From Vampirovibrionaceae bacterium NZW_1234 (GTDB lineage Bacteria > Cyanobacteriota > Vampirovibrionia > Vampirovibrionales > JAGQHJ01), in NCBI GenBank assembly GCA_041697335.1, contig JBGUGD010000016.1, positions 148,267 through 212,266 on the forward strand: DNA of 64,000 nt, given 5' to 3'. Of the stretch, positions 9,133 to 20,085 are shown in pieces (positions within the stretch are counted from its first letter, which is position 1; each line of letters begins with the position of its first letter). The translations under genes and the position numbers were made by a program. Below the pieces are notes generated by a model. The model was not told the origin of the DNA and ran no database searches. It saw only the letters and a program-made list of their open reading frames with translations.

Positions 9133-10449
9133 GTGGTGAACCTGTCTCAAATCAAAACGTATTTTGGCATTGATGACGCCCAAACCAGCATCCGGCGTGA
9201 GATTCTGGGAGGCATCACCACCTTTGTAACCCTGGCCTACATTATTGTGGTCAACCCCAAGATCCTGGAGGCAGCCGGCATTCCCTTTGGCCCTTCCATG
9301 GTGGCCACCATCCTCACGGGCTTCCTGGGCACCATGCTGATGGGAATTTACGCCCGCAGGCCCTTCGCCATTGCCCCCTATATGGGCCAAAATGCCTTTG
9401 TGGCTTTTACTCTGGTCAAAATCATGGGTATCCCCTGGCAAACCGCCCTGGGTCTGACCTTTATTTCCGGCCTGATCTTTGCGCTCCTGACCCTCAGCCA
9501 CATTCGTCCCTGGCTGGTGAATGCCATCCCTCAGCAACTCAAGTTGGCATTTAGCGGGGGCATTGGTCTCTTCTTAAGCTTTATTGGCCTCAACATTAGT
9601 GGCTTAATCCGTTTGGGCGTGCCGGATGCCCCTGTGACCTTGGGTTATCTGAATCGCCCGGAAACCCTTCTGGCGGCTCTCGGATTTATTCTCATCAGTC
9701 TGATGATGGTCCGGCGACTCAATGGCGCATTGCTCTTGGGCATCCTCGGCATCACCGGCCTGGGGTTTCTCTTGGGCAAAGTGCCCTTGCCGCCTCAGTG
9801 GATCAGCATGCCACCGGACATTCGTCCCATTCTTGGCCAATTAGACCTGCTAGGAGCGTTGAATCCGGCACTCCTTCCCATCCTTTTGGTGTTCTTGGTG
9901 CTCATCTTTGTCGATACCATGGGCACCCTGATCGGCATTGCCTATAAGGCCAACTTCCTGGATTCACAAGGCCGCCTGCCGGATGTGGAAAAGCCCATGT
10001 TGTGTGATTCACTGGCCACCATGGCGGCAGCAACCCTGGGCACAACCACGGCCGGGGCCTATATTGAATCCATTGCCGGCATTGAGGCCGGGGGGCGCAC
10101 CGGCCTTACCGCAGTGGTCACAGCGTTGTTGTTCTTGTGCGCCTTGTTTTTTGCCCCGCTTTTTTCCAGTGTACCCGCCTTTGCCTACGGCCCTGCCCTG
10201 GTGGTGGTCGGCATGATGATGCTGTCTTCACTCAAAGACCTGGATACTGGGGATCTGACAGAGCTTATCCCGGCATTTACAACGCTCGTGATGATTTGCT
10301 TTACATATAACCTGGGCATTGGCATGGCGGCAGGCTTTATTGTTTACCCGCTGATTAAAACCCTCAGTGGCCGCTCCGGCGATGTTGCCCCGGGTTTATG
10401 GGTGTTAAGTGCCCTGTCTCTGGCGTTTTTTATCTTCTACCCCTATTGA
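9133..10449 (+). CDS. NCS2/AzgA-family purine permease
   Basis: REILGGITTF..LAYII.VNP, APYMGQNAF, YIES.AGI.AGGRTGLT; many TM segments. Confidence 0.95.
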   Translation: MVNLSQIKTYFGIDDAQTSIRREILGGITTFVTLAYIIVVNPKILEAAGIPFGPSMVATILTGFLGTMLMGIYARRPFAIAPYMGQNAFVAFTLVKIMGIPWQTALGLTFISGLIFALLTLSHIRPWLVNAIPQQLKLAFSGGIGLFLSFIGLNISGLIRLGVPDAPVTLGYLNRPETLLAALGFILISLMMVRRLNGALLLGILGITGLGFLLGKVPLPPQWISMPPDIRPILGQLDLLGALNPALLPILLVFLVLIFVDTMGTLIGIAYKANFLDSQGRLPDVEKPMLCDSLATMAAATLGTTTAGAYIESIAGIEAGGRTGLTAVVTALLFLCALFFAPLFSSVPAFAYGPALVVVGMMMLSSLKDLDTGDLTELIPAFTTLVMICFTYNLGIGMAAGFIVYPLIKTLSGRSGDVAPGLWVLSALSLAFFIFYPY

Positions 10450-11156
10450 TAGGCAGCCCGCAGGGCCGCCATATCCATGTGTTGTGGCATTAAGCAATGG
10501 GTTAAAAAAGCTTGCCCTAGACGAATGGCCTCTGGATCAATCCCATGCCCCAACCCTGAAATGCAATGCGTCACCAGGGGCACCCCATGATGCTCCAGGG
10601 TCTGCGAAGCATCCTGCCATTCCGAGAGGGGGATCACCGTATCCTCATCCCCATGGATCAACGCAACGGGGGGCTTGGAGCGAAGCTCATCGGCCAGGGT
10701 TTCAACGCCAGCCAAGCGTCCGGAGTAACCCAAAATCCCAGCACATGGGTGAGGCCGCCGCAGCGCCGTATATAAAGCCATAATGGTGCCTTGGGAAAAG
10801 CCCACCAAGACCAAGCGTGACTCGGGCAAGCCGCGTTGGGTCAATTGACTGTCGATAAATGCGTCCAGAATAGGAGCCACTTCCTGGACCCGTTGCGTGC
10901 GCACCTCCGGCGTAATCCCGTCCAGACTAAACCATTGATAGGCATCGGTCATCCAGGGTATCCCGCCATCAAAAGGATACGGAGCATTTGGAGAAACGAA
11001 TTCGGTATTAGGCAAGGCTGGTGCCCAAAACTCGGCAAGAGAAATCAGATCGGCCCCACTGGCGCCCACCCCATGAAGCAAAATCACCAAGGAGTCGGCA
11101 GCCTGTCCGGAAACAGGTTTTTGGTAATAATCCGGCTGCAATTGGGGTTTTATCAT
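10443..11156 (-). CDS. Phospholipase/carboxylesterase (alpha/beta hydrolase)
   Basis: LLHGVG, GFSQG nucleophile elbow, HGDED, GLGHGI. Confidence 0.92.
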   Translation of the reverse strand: MIKPQLQPDYYQKPVSGQAADSLVILLHGVGASGADLISLAEFWAPALPNTEFVSPNAPYPFDGGIPWMTDAYQWFSLDGITPEVRTQRVQEVAPILDAFIDSQLTQRGLPESRLVLVGFSQGTIMALYTALRRPHPCAGILGYSGRLAGVETLADELRSKPPVALIHGDEDTVIPLSEWQDASQTLEHHGVPLVTHCISGLGHGIDPEAIRLGQAFLTHCLMPQHMDMAALRAAYQ

Positions 11157-11290
11157 CAGGTGTCGATCCTTTTCGTATTAACGTATCTGATTTTAAGCGT
11201 TCTGCTTCTTTGCCATTCTGGACAATAATGTCTTGTTATTGTACCGGCACCCAAGCGCAGTGTCATTGCCTGAAGATTGCGAAGTTCAGT

Positions 11291-12469
11291 TTAAATCCAT
11301 CGCTGAGATCGAAAGTAACCAAGCATCCCTAGAGCCACCAAGATCATGGTCCAAATGGTGAGCCAAAAGCCCCATGGGTTATGCAAAAAAGGCATATGGT
11401 CAAAATTCATCCCATACACCCCGGTAATCACATTGAGCGGCAACATAATGGTGGCCAGCACCGTCAAGAACTGCACAACCGTGTTCACCCGGGCCGCACT
11501 AATCGCATATTGAATCTGCATCGCCCCTTGCAAAGCCTGCTGGTGATGAGCCGTAAAATCCACCACCCGAACCACGTGATCATAAATATCCTTGAATCGT
11601 CTCGCCTGGTCTCGGTCGATAAAAGCCATATCCGAGTGACTCAGTTCATAAAACACGTCTTGGTTTTTCATCGACAGGCGGCGCAATAATAAAACCGCTT
11701 TGGTCAATTGGAAATACTGATCCGATAGAGACGCTTCGGAGGAATACGCTTGAATCGCATCTTCCAGGGCTTCTATGCGGGCATCCATGTCATCCAAAGC
11801 CGGCAAATAACTGTCAATCATGCCGTCCAGGACCTCATAGGCCAACGCGGTTGTCCCGTACATCAAGCGACCTTGCCCTTGGTCCGCACGATGCTTTAAG
11901 GTTTCCAGCACAGGAATAGGCCCGTCATGAACCGTAATAAGAAGCCGCTCACCCAAGAACCCATCCAATTCAACCGGTTGATACTCTGTCTGCTCAAGCC
12001 CCAGTTCTACGCCCAAGACAATAAAAAAGTGGTAATTGCGAAAGGACTCTAACTTGGGCGATTGACGCGGGTGCATGCAATCCTCCACGGCCAAGGCGTC
12101 CAAATGAAAATCGTCTACCAAAACCGCCGAATCCTCCAGCGTCGGGTTGGTGACGTCCACCCAAACATACCAGGTCGGATCGGCTAGCCGACTGAGCACA
12201 TCGACTAACGGCACATTGCGCTGCCATGTGTTTTCGACCGTATTAAAGGCAATACACTCCATCATGGTCTCATTGTCTTGGGAAGAGACTGTCTTGACAA
12301 GCTCTGCCTCTTGAAGCTCGATATCAGGCGATTTAAACGCAACCCAGAATTCCCCATCCAGGGAATGACGTTTTTGACTGGGCATCGTATGCTGAAGATG
12401 TCCCGGAATGCCGAATGTTGCAGTAAGCACTCCGGGACTTTGGCATTTCATGCCCCAAAAAGCGCCCAA
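11291..12469 (-). CDS. corA: CorA Mg2+/Co2+ transporter; true start may be nearer 12265
   Basis: YGMNF signature, two C-terminal TM helices, LAVEDC..PRQSPKLE. Confidence 0.93.
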   Translation of the reverse strand: MGAFWGMKCQSPGVLTATFGIPGHLQHTMPSQKRHSLDGEFWVAFKSPDIELQEAELVKTVSSQDNETMMECIAFNTVENTWQRNVPLVDVLSRLADPTWYVWVDVTNPTLEDSAVLVDDFHLDALAVEDCMHPRQSPKLESFRNYHFFIVLGVELGLEQTEYQPVELDGFLGERLLITVHDGPIPVLETLKHRADQGQGRLMYGTTALAYEVLDGMIDSYLPALDDMDARIEALEDAIQAYSSEASLSDQYFQLTKAVLLLRRLSMKNQDVFYELSHSDMAFIDRDQARRFKDIYDHVVRVVDFTAHHQQALQGAMQIQYAISAARVNTVVQFLTVLATIMLPLNVITGVYGMNFDHMPFLHNPWGFWLTIWTMILVALGMLGYFRSQRWI

Positions 12470-12575
12470 TATCTTGAGCGGAGGTTTAGAAAGCCTTCAA
12501 ATTGGGAATAATAGGCAATAAACGCCCTGAACATATTCCCTTGATAGGATTATAGACCTGAAACTCAAAGACAAA

Positions 12576-12749
12576 ATCGACAAATCTCGACAAAACGCGT
12601 CGAATCGCCCGCATTGATACACAAAAAGCCCGAAAACGCTTTCAGACAGGCTTTTTACGGTTCAGCACAAGCTTAAACGTCGCAAAAAAGACGCGTCACC
12701 ATCGCAAAATATTGCGCAGGCGACGATCTTTTTGTCGACCTTTGTCGAT
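12576..12749. repeat. 174-bp non-coding element bounded by 20-bp imperfect inverted repeats made of tandem TCGACAAA units
   Basis: ATCGACAAATCTCGACAAAA (12576-12595) versus TTTTGTCGACCTTTGTCGAT (12730-12749), 2 mismatches. Confidence 0.65.
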
Positions 12750-12769
12750 CGAGTCGCTATCAATCTTTT

Positions 12770-13306
12770 CTAGGGCATTAATGGCGCACAAAGCACACGG
12801 CCACCAGCATCCCCAGCCGGATCCGTCCGGTAGTCATCGGCTTTTTCATGAACCATCAGTGCTGAACCATTGTCATCCAGAATACTGTTGGGTTTTCCAG
12901 CCTCAAGAGTAACTCCTGGCGCCAGGACATCCACATGGGCTTCGCCCTGGGCATTGGCAAAGACATTGGGCATATCCCCGGCATGGGCCCCACTGGCTTG
13001 AGCAAACCCATGGACCTTTTTATCGGGGTTAAAGTGCCCACCGGCAGCCTTGAAATCCGGGGTCGTGCATTGTCCGGTCTCATGGATATGAAAGGCATGC
13101 CATCCTGGCGTAAGACCCTTTAATTGAGCTTGGATAAGCACGCCATGCGGTGTTTCCCGAAGCGTCGCTTTTCCAGCACATTGGCCCTGGGCATTGATAA
13201 AACCCGCCGTCCGCTCCTGCGGAGTGCTCTGAGCCATGCTGTCCTGGAATTGGGTAAGCAGGGTCACTAAGATCATGGCGACACCGAAGAGATATTCTTT
13301 ACGCAT
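12770..13306 (-). CDS. sodC: Cu/Zn superoxide dismutase, periplasmic
   Basis: HAFHIHE, AGGHFNP, HAGDMPN, GDAGGR; signal peptide. Confidence 0.93.
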   Translation of the reverse strand: MRKEYLFGVAMILVTLLTQFQDSMAQSTPQERTAGFINAQGQCAGKATLRETPHGVLIQAQLKGLTPGWHAFHIHETGQCTTPDFKAAGGHFNPDKKVHGFAQASGAHAGDMPNVFANAQGEAHVDVLAPGVTLEAGKPNSILDDNGSALMVHEKADDYRTDPAGDAGGRVLCAPLMP

Positions 13307-13523
13307 AGCTGTTCCTCTTTCTCTGGATCGGGTTGACGCATATCGCTTTACCCTACCGGGAGCTACAGGAAAAATCAATGCCCCGTGTCATCAAACCCCT
13401 TCTCTGATTACAGCCATTGTAAAATCCGTATGTCACCTTTAAAATATCGGTGAACTTGCCCGGGAAATGTCCCTGTATGGGCACTGAAATCTGTATCAAC
13501 CAGTGATGAAAGAGGGAAGGTTT

Positions 13524-14936
13524 ATGTCCAGCCAAGTTTTAACACCCAACACGGCTACTCGCATCGAATCCGACAGCATGGGGAATATCGAAGTTCCTGC
13601 CGATCGCTATTACGGAGCCCAAACAGCCCGGTCGCTGATTCACTTCAACATTGGTGAGGATATTATGCCACGCCCCATTATTGAAGCCTTTGGTGTTTTG
13701 AAGAAAGCAGCAGCACTGGTTAATCGGGATCTCGGCAAACTCGCTCCCGAAAAAGCCGACTTGATTGTTCAGGCTGCCGATGAAGTCATTGCCGGAAAAC
13801 TGGATGATCATTTTCCGCTTCGCATCTGGCAAACTGGCAGCGGCACACAGACCAACATGAACGCAAACGAAGTCATCTCCAACCGAGCCATTGAGTTGGC
13901 TGGTGGCCAGATGGGCAGCAAAGAGCCTATTCACCCCAATGACCACGTCAATATGTCCCAATCCTCCAACGACACTTTCCCTACGGCCATGCATATTGCA
14001 GCTGCCGCACAAGTGAAAAACGTTCTGATTCCGGCTGTTCAAGAAGTCCGAGATGCCTTGAATGCCAAAGCCCAACAGTATGCCAATGTCGTCAAAATTG
14101 GTAGGACCCACTTGCAAGATGCCACTCCTTTAACCCTGGGGCAAGAGATTTCGGCTTGGGCCAACATGCTCGATCGCGACATTGAGCGCTTGGAAGCCGT
14201 GCTTCCTGGATTGTATGACCTCGCCATCGGCGGATCTGCTGTTGGAACCGGTCTAAATACGCACCCGGAATTTGCCGAGCGAGCTGCAAAACAAATTGCT
14301 GCGCTTACCAGCCTACCTTTCCGCTCGCATCCCAACAAATTTACGGGCCTGTCTTCCCATGACGAACTGGTCTTTGCCAGCGGCGCCGTGAAAACCTTGG
14401 CCGCATCCCTGATGAAAATTGCCAACGATATCCGCTGGCTGGCTTCTGGCCCTCGGTGTGGTTTAGGAGAGCTGACCCTCCCGGAAAATGAGCCCGGCTC
14501 CTCAATTATGCCTGGCAAAGTCAACCCAACCCAAAGTGAAGCGATGACCATGGTGGCTGTTCAGGTCTTCGGCAATGATGCTGCTATTGGCTTTGCCGGT
14601 TCACAGGGGAACTTCGAGTTGAACGTCTTTAAACCGGTTATGATCCATAATTTTCTGCACTCGGTTCGCCTTATCGCTGATGCCTGCCATGGCTTTGTCA
14701 AATACTGCGTAAACGGCATCGAAATCAACGAGGAGCGCATTCAATACTACGTCAACAACTCGCTCATGCTGGTCACGGCACTGAACCCCAAAATTGGTTA
14801 TGACAAGGCAGCTAAAATTGCCAAAACCGCCCACCAAGAAAATCTGAGCTTGAAGGAAGCCTGTCTGAAACTGGGGTACCTGACGGCAGAAGAATTTGAT
14901 GCCATCGTGGTTCCCGAATCCATGACCCATCCTTAA
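13524..14936 (+). CDS. fumC: Class II fumarate hydratase
   Basis: [30 protein letters not shown]. Confidence 0.98.
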   Translation: MSSQVLTPNTATRIESDSMGNIEVPADRYYGAQTARSLIHFNIGEDIMPRPIIEAFGVLKKAAALVNRDLGKLAPEKADLIVQAADEVIAGKLDDHFPLRIWQTGSGTQTNMNANEVISNRAIELAGGQMGSKEPIHPNDHVNMSQSSNDTFPTAMHIAAAAQVKNVLIPAVQEVRDALNAKAQQYANVVKIGRTHLQDATPLTLGQEISAWANMLDRDIERLEAVLPGLYDLAIGGSAVGTGLNTHPEFAERAAKQIAALTSLPFRSHPNKFTGLSSHDELVFASGAVKTLAASLMKIANDIRWLASGPRCGLGELTLPENEPGSSIMPGKVNPTQSEAMTMVAVQVFGNDAAIGFAGSQGNFELNVFKPVMIHNFLHSVRLIADACHGFVKYCVNGIEINEERIQYYVNNSLMLVTALNPKIGYDKAAKIAKTAHQENLSLKEACLKLGYLTAEEFDAIVVPESMTHP

Positions 14937-14960
14937 GAGTCCTGTTTACGCAGGGAATGC

Positions 14961-15929
14961 TCAAATGACCGTTGCCGGATTGGAAGCGGTCATTTGCTTT
15001 TGGAACACACGTTCATAATAGGCCCAGGCAGCTTCCATACCTTGATAGCATGAGGTTAAGACCTGTTTATGCCCGCGACTGACCATATCGCCTATGGCAA
15101 ACACGTTTGGCACGGAGGTCTCAAAGTGCTCATCCACCTCCACATAGCCTTGGGCATCTTGCACCACACCGAGTTGAGCCACAAGCCCGATATTGGGTTC
15201 CTGGTGTAAGGGAGGAATAAATAAAGTAGACACTGGGATACGCTGATTATCCTCGACTATTATTGCCTCCAGATGGTGCTCATGACTCACCACGGTCTTA
15301 ATGCGCTGAGAATAAATGGGGATTCCTGTGTGCTTTAAATGGTTCAGTAAGCGCGGATCATCGCAAGCCAAGACATTGCCATGAGTGAAAAGAGACACCG
15401 TGGGACTGAACCGTCGTAATCGCAGGGCCTGTTCCACAGCATGGGCATCATACCCCAATACGGCAGCAGGCTGGCCCACCGCCTCTTTACCATTACTCTC
15501 CACCGACCAGAAAATAGACTGACCCACCGATTGATTCAGCCCTGGAATTTCAACCCACTGATTGCGCACCCCAACGGCGAGAAACAAGGCCTCGGCCGTA
15601 TAGTTTCGATCTTCTGTAATCACTCGAAACCGGGTATCTTCTCGACTGATGGCGGTGACAGAACCAATATGATAATCACATCCAGCTTGCTGGGCATGCT
15701 GGATGCCCAGCCATTTCAGTTCATGGCGCTCAATGCCATTAGGAAACCCGGGCACATTAGGAAACTGCCCGGGTGTTTCACTACGCCCAGCCCCTTGCTC
15801 AAAGGTTTCTGAGACCAAAACCAGCCGATCCAGAAGGAGGGTCCGGACCAAAAATCGCCCGAGATATATCCCCGCCGTAAAACCGGCTGGGCCAGCTCCC
15901 AGAATAATAGCTTCATAATGATTATTCAT
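14961..15929 (-). CDS. Thioredoxin-reductase-like FAD-dependent oxidoreductase lacking CxxC
   Basis: IILGAGPAG, ETSVPNVFAIGD; WSVESNG at the usual CxxCDG position. Confidence 0.85.
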   Translation of the reverse strand: MNNHYEAIILGAGPAGFTAGIYLGRFLVRTLLLDRLVLVSETFEQGAGRSETPGQFPNVPGFPNGIERHELKWLGIQHAQQAGCDYHIGSVTAISREDTRFRVITEDRNYTAEALFLAVGVRNQWVEIPGLNQSVGQSIFWSVESNGKEAVGQPAAVLGYDAHAVEQALRLRRFSPTVSLFTHGNVLACDDPRLLNHLKHTGIPIYSQRIKTVVSHEHHLEAIIVEDNQRIPVSTLFIPPLHQEPNIGLVAQLGVVQDAQGYVEVDEHFETSVPNVFAIGDMVSRGHKQVLTSCYQGMEAAWAYYERVFQKQMTASNPATVI

Positions 15930-15944
15930 CTGGCAAGAGCCCCC

Positions 15945-16505
15945 CTAAATTTCACTGTCATACTCCGGGGCACGCTGGGTGTCATGGCGGTGAGCTTGAT
16001 CTTGATGGGGATGCCCTGCCCTTCCCATGTGTTGTGTATTTACCGGTGTTTCCTGAGGTTTTTCCATTGATACCAGACGTTCCGCATGGGCTTTGAAGGC
16101 CTGCAAATCCTCAAACAACATCTGCTCCACCCGTTTTCCGAAGAGTTCACCCACAAATTCCCCTGACTTAACGGGCGGATTTAGCATAATCTCAACATGA
16201 AGCCGGGTACGCTCCTCACCCAGCGCTTCAAATTGAATCGCCCCTGACGCATCCACAAGGGCACGTTCAGCACTATGCCAGGAAATCACCCGATCTTCAT
16301 CCAGTACATCCAAGACCGTCTCCCATTGAATCGGTTTCTGCAAGTGGGGATCGGTAATTTGCCATTGCCAGAATGTTTGGTTCCCTCGCGTCAAGGAACT
16401 TTCAACCACCCGAAAAAAAGGGCTGGGGCATTGCGAACAAGTCCACATCTCAAAACACAGGTGGACAGGTGCATCCACCTCCATGGTTGTCTCCAGATAC
16501 CCCAT
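15945..16505 (-). CDS. SRPBCC (polyketide cyclase/dehydrase-like) protein
   Basis: EVDAPV, ISWHS, GAIQFE, EDLQAFK pattern. Confidence 0.8.
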   Translation of the reverse strand: MGYLETTMEVDAPVHLCFEMWTCSQCPSPFFRVVESSLTRGNQTFWQWQITDPHLQKPIQWETVLDVLDEDRVISWHSAERALVDASGAIQFEALGEERTRLHVEIMLNPPVKSGEFVGELFGKRVEQMLFEDLQAFKAHAERLVSMEKPQETPVNTQHMGRAGHPHQDQAHRHDTQRAPEYDSEI

Positions 16506-16898
16506 GTCACTTCCTCCATTACCCAGACCTTAAGTCCCTCATTAGATTTTGCCAAAGCATTCCACCATTTACCATCGCCTAATCAGGGAAAGAGGAGGTA
16601 AACAGACCCATCTCTCTGCTTGGACTGGGAGCGTCCGAATTCTTGTGATCAATCCTGCATGAGACCGATCTGGACACCCCTTTCTGAAACCGGATTCATC
16701 AGAGACCGAATCATGTCAAAACCACAACGTACAGACTCTTCTTACCCAATCCCAGCTTTGTCTCTCACCTGAAGGTAGTACTCCTTTTGACTCATTCCTT
16801 TAGGGGGGTGGTATTTTGACCTCACGACTATCAAGACCTAACAAAAACGGTCGATGCTTTTCTATAACGGGAACCAGAATCATGGGAGACTCGCACAA

Positions 16899-17210
16899 AT
16901 GACTCAGCCCTCTCAAGGATTGACCATCGAGGTGTCCGAAATCCTCCGTCAGAATCAAGCCAAACTGCTTCAAGAACATCTGTGCCACAGCTTGGCGACT
17001 AAAATGCCTTCGAGTATTACATTGGATTTAACCCGGACCACCGACGTGGATATGGCCGGAATTCAACTCTTATTGGGGCTCTTTAACACCTGCCAGGAGC
17101 GTGGTTTAACGGTCCAAATTGACATTGCCTCGCCCAAACTCCGTGATCTGTTCAAGACGTTGGGCTTAACCAAACGTGTGGCCATTCGGGAGGTAAGCCT
17201 CCATGGATAG
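16899..17210 (+). CDS. STAS-domain protein leading the chemotaxis operon
   Basis: ITLDLTRTTDVDMAGIQLL; overlaps the cheA start. Confidence 0.8.
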   Translation: MTQPSQGLTIEVSEILRQNQAKLLQEHLCHSLATKMPSSITLDLTRTTDVDMAGIQLLLGLFNTCQERGLTVQIDIASPKLRDLFKTLGLTKRVAIREVSLHG

Positions 17211-20085
17211 TTTAATGGATGAAAGCCTGATACAAGAGTTTTTAACGGAAAGCCGCGAACATCTCTCATCAATTGAGCCTGACTTGCTGACACTGGAGAA
17301 AGATGGCGCCAATACCGATCCGGAGATTATTAATCGGGTGTTTCGCGCGATTCATAGTATTAAAGGCGCTGCTGGCTTTTTCGGCTTCGAGGCCTTGAAA
17401 AAGTTGAGCCACGTTATGGAAAACCTGCTGATGCAAATTCGTGAACATCGCATCAGCCCTAACCCCGCTGTGATTGAGCCGCTGCTATTGGGTGTGGATA
17501 AACTGAACCTGATGGTTGGCGACATTCAAAACAGCGAAACCGTTCCTTACATGGATGTTGCCGAACGCCTTGAGACAATCCTGGCCAATGGGGGAGCATC
17601 CGACACCTCTGCCCCGTCTACCTCAAAAACGTCCAATAATGCAGCACAGGAACCGCAAACCGCTTCTACCATGTCTGGTCATTCGAACGAATTTTATGCC
17701 GAACCCGATCAGCTAGAAGGGTGCAAGTCCCGAGGACAGTCGCTTTTTGCACTGGAATACCATACGTCGGACTTAACCCAAAATCAGCAATCTCCCTTCA
17801 CTCTGATGGAACAACTCCACTCCTTTGGGGTCGTCCTGGATTGCATGTGGGAAACAGAAACCTTTGGTAATTTGGAAACCTGCCTGGAAAAAGATGGCAC
17901 CTTTCAAATCCTGTTTGCATCGGTTCTGGAAGCCGATCTGTTATCCCAAGCCTTGGGACTTCCAGAAAATCGCATTAAGGCCTTAACCTTTTCGATGGTC
18001 GGTTCTAATCCGCAAACCCCACCCTTAGTCACTGTCAGTGCCGCCTCGACCAATGGCACTATGGCCAATGCCGCTGCCAGTGAAGGGAGCTTAAAAACCG
18101 AAACGGCAGCCATTGGCTCTGTTATGATGGCCCCGGAATTACCAGAAACCCCTTCCCAGGAAAGCCCTCGTGCATCAACGCCGAATCAGCCTCCTCCAAT
18201 GTCCACAGATAATTCATCTGTGCATGAAGAACCCAAAGCCAAAGTCGATCCGCAACCCCAGCGCAAATCCCCCAATCCCGGATCAGAATCCATGGAAAGC
18301 GTGCGCGTTCGGGTTGATTTACTCAATAAACTGATGGATTTGGCCGGTGAAATGGTGCTGTCTCGCAATCAATTGCTACGAACCGTCAGTAAAGACGAGA
18401 CTCAAGGCTCCGGTCTAAGCAATATTGTTCAGAACATCGATTTGATTACCTCTGAGTTGCAAGAACATATTATGCAAACTCGGATGCAGCCCATCGGATC
18501 CGTATTTGGCAAGTTCCCTCGCGTGGTGCGGGATATGGCTCGCCAACTGAACAAAGAAATTGAACTCCAGATGAGCGGCGAAGATGTCGAACTGGATAAG
18601 TCGATTATTGAGAGCCTCTCGGATCCCTTGACCCACCTCATTCGCAACTGTTGTGATCATGCTTTGGAGCCTCCGGAAGAGCGCAAAAAAGCGGGAAAAC
18701 CCACAACAGGCACAATCATCCTCAGGGCATTTCATCAGGATGGCCAGATTAATATCTCCATTACGGATGATGGCCGCGGTATTGATCATCACAAGATCGG
18801 TCAAAAGGCACTCAAGAATAATCTGGTCACGGAAGCCGAATTAAACCGGATGTCGCCTCAAGAAATGGTGAACTTGATTTTCTTGCCGGGATTCTCAACA
18901 GCAGAAACCATTTCTGAAGTCTCTGGCCGAGGCGTCGGGATGGACGTGGTTAAAACCAATATCACCAAATTGGGTGGCCACATTCATACCGATACGGAGA
19001 TTGGCAAAGGCACCACGTTTACCTTGCGCCTGCCGTTAACACTGGCCATTATCCCATCGCTTATTGTGGGTGTCAGCAATCAGCGCTTCGCCATGCCACA
19101 AATCAATCTGGTCGAACTGGTCTGTATTCGGGCAACCGAAATTGCCTCTCGAATTGAGCGTGTAGGCTCGGCTTCCGTTCTTCGCCTCCGGGGCAAATTG
19201 TTACCCCTGATCCGTTTAGCCGATATTCTGGGCTTAGAGCGCACCTATACCGATCCTGCCTCTGGACAGCCGAAACCGGATAGACGGCGCGAAATTGGTG
19301 ACAAACGTAAAGCCACTGAGCACCATCTATTGGAGATGCTGGAAAAACGAGATACCAATCGTCGTCGCCAAAACAGTGATTACAATATTCTGGTTTTGAA
19401 GGTTGGCGTCAACCAATTCGGTCTTATTGTGGATGAACTCTTTGATACCGAAGAAATCGTGGTTAAACCCTTGTCCGGTTATCTCAAGCAATGTAAATGC
19501 TTCTCTGGCGCAACCATTATGGGCGACGGTCGTGTGGCCATGATCCTGGATCCGGGTGGCATTTTGGCATACTCCGGTGTCAGCCTGGAAGAAATTGATG
19601 CCGAAAAACGCCGACTGGAAGAAGCTCAAAACAACAAAGCAGCCAATACGACAAAACGGACGCTGCTCCTCTTCCACAACGCGTTAGATGAAATTTTTGC
19701 CGTCCCGCTTTCCTCCATTCTGCGGCTTGAGAAATTCAACATGGATCGGATTGAGCGCATCGGTCATAAGGAATTCCTGACCTACTATGGTAAAGGCCTG
19801 CCTTTAATTCGATTAGAGCATTATTTATCGGTGAACCCAATGCCACATACTCAAGAAGATGCCTACCTGATTATTCCCAAAGATGGCAATGGTGCAGCCG
19901 GGATAATTGCCTCTCGCATTATCGACACGGTGGAAACCGACGTTGTACTGGATTCGTCACTCGCCACGGATCGCGGTATTGAAGGTTCAGCCATTGTCAA
20001 TGATCATCTCACCTTATTTATTGAACCCAACGGCCTATTGGAACGAGCCGGTATTTCGACACACGGAGGTACTCATGGCCACTAG
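17203..20085 (+). CDS. cheA: Chemotaxis histidine kinase with two CheW-like domains
   Basis: Hpt FRAIHSIKG, HLIRNCCDH, DDGRGID, SGRGVGMDVV. Confidence 0.96.
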   Translation: MDSLMDESLIQEFLTESREHLSSIEPDLLTLEKDGANTDPEIINRVFRAIHSIKGAAGFFGFEALKKLSHVMENLLMQIREHRISPNPAVIEPLLLGVDKLNLMVGDIQNSETVPYMDVAERLETILANGGASDTSAPSTSKTSNNAAQEPQTASTMSGHSNEFYAEPDQLEGCKSRGQSLFALEYHTSDLTQNQQSPFTLMEQLHSFGVVLDCMWETETFGNLETCLEKDGTFQILFASVLEADLLSQALGLPENRIKALTFSMVGSNPQTPPLVTVSAASTNGTMANAAASEGSLKTETAAIGSVMMAPELPETPSQESPRASTPNQPPPMSTDNSSVHEEPKAKVDPQPQRKSPNPGSESMESVRVRVDLLNKLMDLAGEMVLSRNQLLRTVSKDETQGSGLSNIVQNIDLITSELQEHIMQTRMQPIGSVFGKFPRVVRDMARQLNKEIELQMSGEDVELDKSIIESLSDPLTHLIRNCCDHALEPPEERKKAGKPTTGTIILRAFHQDGQINISITDDGRGIDHHKIGQKALKNNLVTEAELNRMSPQEMVNLIFLPGFSTAETISEVSGRGVGMDVVKTNITKLGGHIHTDTEIGKGTTFTLRLPLTLAIIPSLIVGVSNQRFAMPQINLVELVCIRATEIASRIERVGSASVLRLRGKLLPLIRLADILGLERTYTDPASGQPKPDRRREIGDKRKATEHHLLEMLEKRDTNRRRQNSDYNILVLKVGVNQFGLIVDELFDTEEIVVKPLSGYLKQCKCFSGATIMGDGRVAMILDPGGILAYSGVSLEEIDAEKRRLEEAQNNKAANTTKRTLLLFHNALDEIFAVPLSSILRLEKFNMDRIERIGHKEFLTYYGKGLPLIRLEHYLSVNPMPHTQEDAYLIIPKDGNGAAGIIASRIIDTVETDVVLDSSLATDRGIEGSAIVNDHLTLFIEPNGLLERAGISTHGGTHGH

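Noticed and set aside
12266..12540. Mg2+ riboswitch upstream of corA
   Set aside because: No recognisable M-box consensus by eye; an Infernal scan would be needed
13539..14551. Minus-strand ORFs of 192 and 170 aa
   Set aside because: Antisense shadows of fumC
14961..15929. trxB
   Set aside because: Redox CxxC absent
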